A stretch of 64,000 nt of DNA, taken from contig CAJIYX010000005.1 in NCBI GenBank assembly GCA_905181725.1, positions 13,655 to 77,654 on the forward strand, given 5' to 3'. The position numbers and the translations under genes are program-made. The notes under the pieces are model-generated. The model made no database searches and was not told the DNA's origin. It saw only the letters and a program-made list of their open reading frames with translations. Positions 58,491-64,000 of the stretch are shown piece by piece. The DNA is from Alphaproteobacteria bacterium UBA830. Its GTDB lineage: Bacteria; Pseudomonadota; Alphaproteobacteria; MPNO01; UBA830. Position 1 is the first letter of the stretch. Each line of letters starts with the position of its first letter.

Positions 58491-59279
58491 ATGTCCAGAC
58501 CGTTAAATCCCGTCGTTATCGTGCCTGCACGGCTGGCCGCGACCCGTTTTCCCGACAAGCCGCTCGCCGATATTCATGGTGTGCCGATGATCGTGCAGGT
58601 ACTGCGCCGCGCGATGGAGGCCGATATAGGCCCTGTTCTGGTGGCCTGCGGCGACCGGGAAATTGCCGATGCGGTCGAGGTCGCAGGAGGCCGGGCGGTG
58701 ATGACGGATCCGGGTCATCCGAGCGGGTCCGACCGGGTGCATGAGGCACTCGGGCTGTTCGATCCGGACCGGCGCTACAATACGGTGGTCAATATTCAGG
58801 GTGATCTGCCGACCATCGATCCCGGCGTTATTGCGGCCGTGCTCGATCCGTTCGATGTTGAAGAGGTTGACATCACGACGCTTGCGGTCGAAATCACCGA
58901 GGCGCGCGAACGCACCGACCCCAATGTGGTTAAGGCGGTAATTGCCCTGGCCGGTGCCGACGCCGGTGCGGACACAGGTGCGAACGCAAAGGCCCGCATT
59001 GGCCGGGCGCTGTACTTCAGCCGGGCGACCGTGCCTGCGGTGGCGGAAGGTCCGCATTATCATCATATCGGGCTGTATGGATTCCGCCGCGATGCGCTCG
59101 ATCGTTTCGTGGCCCTGCCGCCCGGACGGCTTGAGGTGCTCGAACGGCTCGAACAGCTCCGCGCCCTCGAAGCCGGGATGCGCATCGATGTTGCGCTCGT
59201 TGACACTGTTCCGCTCGGTGTCGATACTCCCGCCGATCTGGACCGGGCGCGGGCATTTCTGGCGTCCGGTTTAACCTGA
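58491..59279 (+). CDS. kdsB: 3-deoxy-manno-octulosonate cytidylyltransferase
   Basis: Trimmed to MSRPLNPVVIVPARLAATRFPDKPLADIHGVPMI (ATG at 58491). KdsB signature motifs are present, including NIQGDLP. Confidence 0.9.
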   Translation: MSRPLNPVVIVPARLAATRFPDKPLADIHGVPMIVQVLRRAMEADIGPVLVACGDREIADAVEVAGGRAVMTDPGHPSGSDRVHEALGLFDPDRRYNTVVNIQGDLPTIDPGVIAAVLDPFDVEEVDITTLAVEITEARERTDPNVVKAVIALAGADAGADTGANAKARIGRALYFSRATVPAVAEGPHYHHIGLYGFRRDALDRFVALPPGRLEVLERLEQLRALEAGMRIDVALVDTVPLGVDTPADLDRARAFLASGLT

Positions 59280-59296
59280 ATCGGGGTTCGAAAATC

Positions 59297-60178
59297 ATGG
59301 TTTCTCGCAAAAAAGCCGGCGGCAGCGCCCGCGCAGCGCCTTCGCGCACCATCGCGTTTCAGGGCCAGCCCGGCGCCTATTCGCACCTGGCCTGCCGTCA
59401 GTATTTCCCGGACATGATGCCCATGCCGACCGCGGCATTCGAGGATACCTTCGCTGCCGTGAGTGATGGCAAGGCGAAGCTCGCGATGATCCCGATCGAG
59501 AACTCGGTTGCCGGGCGCGTAGCCGACATTCACCGGATCATGCCGGATTCCGGTCTGCATATTATCGGTGAGCGGTTCCTGCGGGTGAACCATCATTTGC
59601 TCGCGCTGCCCGGTGCGACGCTGAAATCGATAAAGCGCGTGCACAGTCACGTCCACGCGTTGGGCCAGTGCGGCCGGTTTCTCCGCAAACACGGGCTCGA
59701 AGCCGTCGTCCATGCCGACACCGCGGGGGCGGCGGCAGACATCGCGGTGTCCGGCGATACCGCCCAGGCGGCAATCGCATCCGAACTCGCCGGTGATGTG
59801 TATGGGCTTAAATCGTTCCGCGCGAATATCGAAGATGCCGAACACAACACTACGCGCTTCATCGTCATGTCGAAGACGGCGTCCCGACCCAAGCGCAATA
59901 ACGGCCCGGTGGTGACGAGTTTTGTCTTCCAGGTGCGCAATGTGCCTGCAGCCCTGTACAAGGCGATGGGTGGGTTTGCGACCAACGGAATTAACATGAC
60001 CAAGCTTGAAAGCTACATGGTCGACGGCGATTTCGTGGCCACGCAGTTCTATGCCGATGTCGAGGGCGATCCGCGGGATACAAACCTGAAGCTGGCACTC
60101 GAGGAATTGGACTTTTTCACCCATAAAGTGACGATCCTCGGCACGTATCCGGCCGATCCTTTCCGGTTCGGAAAATAA
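59297..60178 (+). CDS. pheA: prephenate dehydratase
   Basis: 293 aa: a PDT domain (FQGQPGAYSH, ENSVAGRV) plus a C-terminal ACT domain (TRFIVM..., ESYM). The long minus-strand ORF 59063-60730 is its antisense shadow. Confidence 0.9.
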   Translation: MVSRKKAGGSARAAPSRTIAFQGQPGAYSHLACRQYFPDMMPMPTAAFEDTFAAVSDGKAKLAMIPIENSVAGRVADIHRIMPDSGLHIIGERFLRVNHHLLALPGATLKSIKRVHSHVHALGQCGRFLRKHGLEAVVHADTAGAAADIAVSGDTAQAAIASELAGDVYGLKSFRANIEDAEHNTTRFIVMSKTASRPKRNNGPVVTSFVFQVRNVPAALYKAMGGFATNGINMTKLESYMVDGDFVATQFYADVEGDPRDTNLKLALEELDFFTHKVTILGTYPADPFRFGK

Positions 60179-60349
60179 TCTCGGCTCGGGTTGGTGGATA
60201 TCCAAACCTAGCTTGAGGCCGCGCTGCAGGACGCGCAGGCAGGCCGTTTTCCGGAAGCGGAAGCAAAGCTGGTCGCAATCCTGGAGCCACAGCTGAGCGA
60301 CAACGATACCGCGACGATCCAGGGGATCCTGGGCGCGGTATACGCCTCC

Positions 60350-61066
60350 ATGGGCGACCATGCTGCCGGGGCGCGGGAACTTGCCAGGGCCGCCGCCGTG
60401 AATCTGGACGATGCGTCGATCCAGTCCAATCTGTGCAATTGCCTGACCCAGACCGGCGCACTCAATGAGGCGATTGCGGCGGGCAGTGCCGCGACCGGGA
60501 TCAATCCGGGTTTCGTGGAAGCGCATAACAATCTCGGCAATGCTCACAAGGCCGCGGGCGATTTCGACCAGGCGGCGCAAAGCTATCGCCAGGCGCTGCA
60601 AATCAATCCCGGCTATGCCGTCGCGCATAATAATCTGGGGCTTGTGCTGTTCGTCGCCGGCGATCTGCCCGGCGCGGCAGCCAGCTATCAGATGGCCCTG
60701 CAGCACCGTCCCGACTATGCGGCGGCGCATTACAATCTTGCCGACGTCTATCGCGGGTCGGGGGACCTGGACAACGCCCTGGCATGGTGTGAACGCGCGC
60801 TTCAGTTCGATCCTTATCGGGCCGAAGCCCGTCAGAACATGGCCGTCGTCCTCCGCGACCGCGGTGAGACCGAAAAGGCGCTGGCCAGCTTTCGCCGGGC
60901 GCTGGATATTGCCCTTGGATACGAAGAAGCGGTCAAGGGCATCGGCGAGGTCCTGATGGAAGTCGGCCGGCGTGCTGAAGGGCTGGAAGTTCTGGCCAAT
61001 ACGTTCGGCGTTATCCGTTTCGAGGCGGGCGCCGGCGTTTCAGTAAAATACGGGGATCGGCCATGA
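60350..61066 (+). CDS. tetratricopeptide-repeat protein (coding sequence evidently extends upstream through an in-frame TAG at 60209-60211)
   Basis: 238-aa ORF of TPR units (NLGNAHKAAGDFDQAAQSYRQALQINP...). The same frame upstream reads (TTG/GTG 60191/60194) VDIQT-TAG-LEAALQDAQAGRFPEAEAKLVAILEPQ... This is a typical first TPR unit, and there is no start codon between the TAG and 60350. Confidence 0.75.
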   Translation: MGDHAAGARELARAAAVNLDDASIQSNLCNCLTQTGALNEAIAAGSAATGINPGFVEAHNNLGNAHKAAGDFDQAAQSYRQALQINPGYAVAHNNLGLVLFVAGDLPGAAASYQMALQHRPDYAAAHYNLADVYRGSGDLDNALAWCERALQFDPYRAEARQNMAVVLRDRGETEKALASFRRALDIALGYEEAVKGIGEVLMEVGRRAEGLEVLANTFGVIRFEAGAGVSVKYGDRP

Positions 61067-61671
61067 AGCGCATCGATCAGCAGAATGGCGGGTCAAATCC
61101 GAGTTTCATCGGCACGTGGATGTTGGATTCACCATCGATCTGCAGCGATATTGTTGAATTTTTCGATGCACACCCGGCCCTGCAGCGCCCGGGGGCGACT
61201 GCGGGCGGGACCAGTACCGACGTCAAGAAATCGACCGATATTGTCATCCATCCCGCCGATCTCGCTAAGCCCGGCAATGAAGCGTTCGGACCTTACATCG
61301 ACGCGCTTTTTGCTTGCTACACGGATTATCTCGCGCAATGGCCGTTTATCGAGACCTTCCTGCCGCGCACCGATATCGGCTCGTTCAACCCGCAGCGCTA
61401 TGGCCCGGGCGGTCATTTCCAGCGGGTGCATACGGAGCGCGCGTCGCTATCGGGCCTGCACCGTGTCTTCGCCTGGGTGACCTATCTGAACGATGTCGAA
61501 GATGGCGGTGCGACCCATTTTCCACACTACGACCTGACCGTTCAGCCAGAGGCCGGCAAGACGCTGATATGGCCGGCCGAATGGACCCATGCCCATGCCG
61601 GGCAGGTTCTGCATTCCGGCATGAAGTACATCATTACCGGCTGGATACATTTTCCGTTTGAGACCGACTAG
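61063..61671 (+). CDS. 2OG-Fe(II) oxygenase-like protein
   Basis: 202 aa. It is coupled to the TPR gene by an ATGA overlap. The jelly-roll-like His/Asp pattern (GGHFQRVHTE ... WTHAHAG) suggests a prolyl-hydroxylase-type fold by eye. Confidence 0.55.
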   Translation: MKRIDQQNGGSNPSFIGTWMLDSPSICSDIVEFFDAHPALQRPGATAGGTSTDVKKSTDIVIHPADLAKPGNEAFGPYIDALFACYTDYLAQWPFIETFLPRTDIGSFNPQRYGPGGHFQRVHTERASLSGLHRVFAWVTYLNDVEDGGATHFPHYDLTVQPEAGKTLIWPAEWTHAHAGQVLHSGMKYIITGWIHFPFETD

Positions 61672-61690
61672 GCAGGCCGGATAACGCGCT

Positions 61691-62599
61691 CTAGCCTTGG
61701 CGAATCCATTCGTCGATCAGCCGCCGGGCGATTGAATCGGACCGTGGGCGCTGGGCAATCCCGGCGCCGCCATCGGCGAGATCCTGGCGGGTAAACCACT
61801 GCAGGTCTTCAAGCTCATCATCCCACGGGATCAGTTTTTCGGTCACTGCATCGGCGAAAAAGCCCAGCATCAGCGATGACGGGAACGGCCAAGGCTGCGA
61901 CGAGTGATAGCGGATATTAGTGATCTCGACGCCGGATTCTTCCATCACCTCGCGGGCAACCGCCTGTTCAAGACTTTCGCCGGGCTCGACGAAACCGGCC
62001 AGCGTCGAATACATGCCGGGCATCCATTCCGCCTTGCGCCCGAGCAGCGCCCGGTCGTCCTTCTGCACCAGCATGATGACGGCGGGGTCGGTCCGCGGGA
62101 AATGCCCGGCGCTGCAATTCTGGTTCAGGCATTTCCGCAGATGGCCCGCATCCTGGCTTTCGGTCGGGCTGCCGCAGACGCCGCAGAACAGATGACGCGA
62201 ATGCCAGTGCATGATGCCCTTGGCGTATGCAAGGATCGATGCCTCGGTCCGGTCGAGCACCGCGCCGACCGATCGCAGGTCGACGAATTCGCCGTCGGCC
62301 CGCAATTCGTTGACCTCGTGCGCTTCCATTGGCGAGATATCGATGGCGAAATGCGCGATCTCGTTGCGTACCCCGAGCAGGACCGTGGTGGTTGCAGTTT
62401 CCATCAGCGCCCGGGTCTCGGCGATCGACATCATCACACCGCGCGGCGCGGCGCCTTGTTCGATCAGGCTGCGTGACCGCCAGACCGGGATAAACATGGT
62501 CTGTTTGGCGGCATACTGGGCGGTGACCCAGGCATCGTCCCGCCGGAACTGGGCGACCCGGTCGAGCACTTCGTCGGCATAGTGATTCTGAGAATTCAT
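61691..62599 (-). CDS. nudC: NAD+ diphosphatase NudC (NUDIX with zinc ribbon)
   Basis: Zinc ribbon CGVCGSPT...CLNQNC, then the Nudix box GFVEPGESLEQAVAREVMEESG. The start is set at the ATG at 62597-62599; the ORF-track start at 62635 is TTG. Confidence 0.85.
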   Translation of the reverse strand: MNSQNHYADEVLDRVAQFRRDDAWVTAQYAAKQTMFIPVWRSRSLIEQGAAPRGVMMSIAETRALMETATTTVLLGVRNEIAHFAIDISPMEAHEVNELRADGEFVDLRSVGAVLDRTEASILAYAKGIMHWHSRHLFCGVCGSPTESQDAGHLRKCLNQNCSAGHFPRTDPAVIMLVQKDDRALLGRKAEWMPGMYSTLAGFVEPGESLEQAVAREVMEESGVEITNIRYHSSQPWPFPSSLMLGFFADAVTEKLIPWDDELEDLQWFTRQDLADGGAGIAQRPRSDSIARRLIDEWIRQG

Positions 62600-62762
62600 G
62601 AGCGTATAAGTCGCATACCAGCGCAAAGGGTGCAATTACACAGCGCTTACCCGATTTTCTGCCGTTTTCCCCGCTATCCTCCGCCAATATTATCAGGCGA
62701 TTCCTCTGCCGGAAAAAGCAGACTCCGTTTGGTCCCCGCGCCGGACCTGATATACTCCCTGC

Positions 62763-62858
62763 GGGAGGCTGGCGGCGGACGGATTGCTCGCCAACCCGGT
62801 CAGATCCGGAAGGAAGCAGCCGTAACGAGATTTACCCGGGTCGCCTCACCAGTCTCCC
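62763..62858 (+). ncRNA. ffs: signal recognition particle RNA (small bacterial 4.5S type)
   Basis: Contains the conserved domain IV sequence ccaacccggtcagatccggaaggaagcagccgtaacgag. The 5' gggaggctgg and 3' ccagtctccc can pair. It lies immediately upstream of dnaX, the usual alphaproteobacterial position. Confidence 0.8.
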
Positions 62859-62889
62859 ACCTATTGCTCGACCGCTTGAACGACCCCCG

Positions 62890-62925
62890 CCACCCGCAGG
62901 TTTAGCGCCACCCGCAGGTTTAGCG
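62890..62925. repeat. perfect 18-bp tandem duplication (ccacccgcaggtttagcg x2)
   Basis: 62890-62907 is identical to 62908-62925. It lies between ffs and dnaX. Confidence 0.9.
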
Positions 62926-62971
62926 CGCCGGGCTACCCGGACAAATTACCGCGAGAAAATTACCGCCCGTC

Positions 62972-64000
62972 ATGGCAGAATCCCCAGATACACCTGATAC
63001 CGAGCCCTACCGCGTTCTCGCCCGTAAATACCGGCCGAGCGATTTTTCGTCGCTGATCGGTCAGGAAGCGATGGTTCAGACCCTGTCCAACGCCATCGCG
63101 TCGGGCCGCCTCGCGCATGCCTTTATCCTGACTGGCGTTCGTGGCGTCGGCAAAACCTCGACCGCGCGCATTATCGCCCGCGCGCTGAACTGCACCGGCA
63201 CTGACGGCGAAGGCGCGCCGACGGCGGAGCCCTGCGGCACCTGCCAGAACTGCGTCGCCATCGCCGAAGACCGCCATGTAGACGTGATGGAGATGGATGC
63301 CGCGAGCCGCACCGGTGTCGACGATATCCGCGAGCTGATCGACGGTGTGCTCTACCGCCCGGTGTCGGCGCGCTACAAGGTCTACATCATCGATGAAGTG
63401 CACATGCTGTCGCGGAACGCCTTCAATGCGCTGCTCAAGACCCTCGAAGAACCGCCCGAACATGTAAAATTCATTTTCGCGACCACCGAAATCCGCCGCG
63501 TGCCGGTCACCGTGCTGTCGCGCTGTCAGCGCTTCGACCTGCGCCGGGTAAAGTTCGACGTGCTGGTCGATCACTTTGCCCGCATCGCCGAGGCCGAGGG
63601 CGCGACCATCGCCCGCGGCGCCATCGGCCTGATCGCGCGGGCCGCCGACGGATCTGTGCGCGACGGGCTGTCGCTGCTTGATCAGGCAATTGCCCATAGC
63701 GGGCCCGAAACCGAGATTAACGAAGACATCGTCCGCGAGATGCTGGGCGTTGCCGAGCGTGTGCAGGTGTTCGACCTGTTCGAACAATTGATGAAAGGCG
63801 AGATCGCCGCCGCGCTCGAGCGCTTCGATTCGATGTATCACGCCGGCGCAGACCCGGTGACCATCCTGCAGGACCTGGCAGAGCTGACCCACTGGCTGAC
63901 CCGCCTGAAGGCCGCACCCGAAACGGCGGAGGCAACGCCGACATCGGATCTGGATCTCGATCGCGGCCGCGATGTATCCAGCCGGCTCGCCATGTCATCC
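62972..64000 (+). CDS. dnaX: DNA polymerase III subunit gamma/tau, N-terminal part (continues past window end)
   Basis: Absent from the ORF track because it has no stop in the window. The ATG at 62972 opens MAESPDTPDTEPYRVLARKYRPSDFSSLIGQEAMVQTLSNAIASGRLAHAFILTGVRGVGKTSTARIIARALNC... The minus-strand ORF 62960-63892 is its antisense shadow. Confidence 0.9.
   Translation, partial: MAESPDTPDTEPYRVLARKYRPSDFSSLIGQEAMVQTLSNAIASGRLAHAFILTGVRGVGKTSTARIIARALNCTGTDGEGAPTAEPCGTCQNCVAIAEDRHVDVMEMDAASRTGVDDIRELIDGVLYRPVSARYKVYIIDEVHMLSRNAFNALLKTLEEPPEHVKFIFATTEIRRVPVTVLSRCQRFDLRRVKFDVLVDHFARIAEAEGATIARGAIGLIARAADGSVRDGLSLLDQAIAHSGPETEINEDIVREMLGVAERVQVFDLFEQLMKGEIAAALERFDSMYHAGADPVTILQDLAELTHWLTRLKAAPETAEATPTSDLDLDRGRDVSSRLAMSS

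Overview
This is a high-GC, alphaproteobacterial-type chromosomal segment. I saw no rRNA, tRNA, CRISPR array or prophage.

Gene content in order:
- Cobalamin genes: cbiD (partial), cobA, cobB.
- A quinone oxidoreductase, an MBL hydrolase and a GGT-family gene, separated by two copies of a ~76-bp near-perfect palindromic element.
- A Cys-type sulfatase.
- A Doc/AbrB toxin-antitoxin pair.
- A di-haem cytochrome c peroxidase operon.
- An acyl-CoA dehydrogenase and an HCHL-like hydratase.
- A cytochrome P460-like gene and an orphan OmpR-type regulator.
- A catabolic block: two tandem luciferase-like monooxygenase paralogs flanked by alpha/beta hydrolases, plus a CoA ligase and a dienelactone hydrolase.
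- A radical SAM/Cys-rich protein, a 1-Cys peroxiredoxin, a PEP-CTERM protein and an IS fragment.
- An amidohydrolase, a DapA-like gene and a BVMO, then katG.
- An aromatic/heterocycle catabolic block: isochorismatase-family gene, LigAB, DUF1989, class II aldolase, maleate-isomerase-like gene, GFA and two VanA-like Rieske oxygenases.
- BI-1, a tesA/ybbA/ybbP-like block, FIST, and GST/MarR.
- A yejABEF-type ABC importer with two binding proteins.
- hisN-like gene, PAS protein, di-haem cytochrome c, kdsB, pheA, a TPR protein plus a 2OG oxygenase, nudC, SRP RNA and the 5' part of dnaX.

The most unusual signal is not a gene cluster. At least eight otherwise conserved genes are interrupted by in-frame TAG codons. 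The same genes also carry two TAA codons and four homopolymer-linked frameshifts. I found no in-frame TGA. Peroxide/NO-detoxification loci (katG, peroxiredoxin, P460, the peroxidase operon) are hit disproportionately. Three gene remnants or chimeras are also present: an IS fragment, a thpR 5' stub, and a VWA/oxidoreductase fusion.

From sequence alone I cannot tell whether this reflects assembly error, real pseudogenisation or amber readthrough. All calls are by-eye motif and family recognition; no database search was run.
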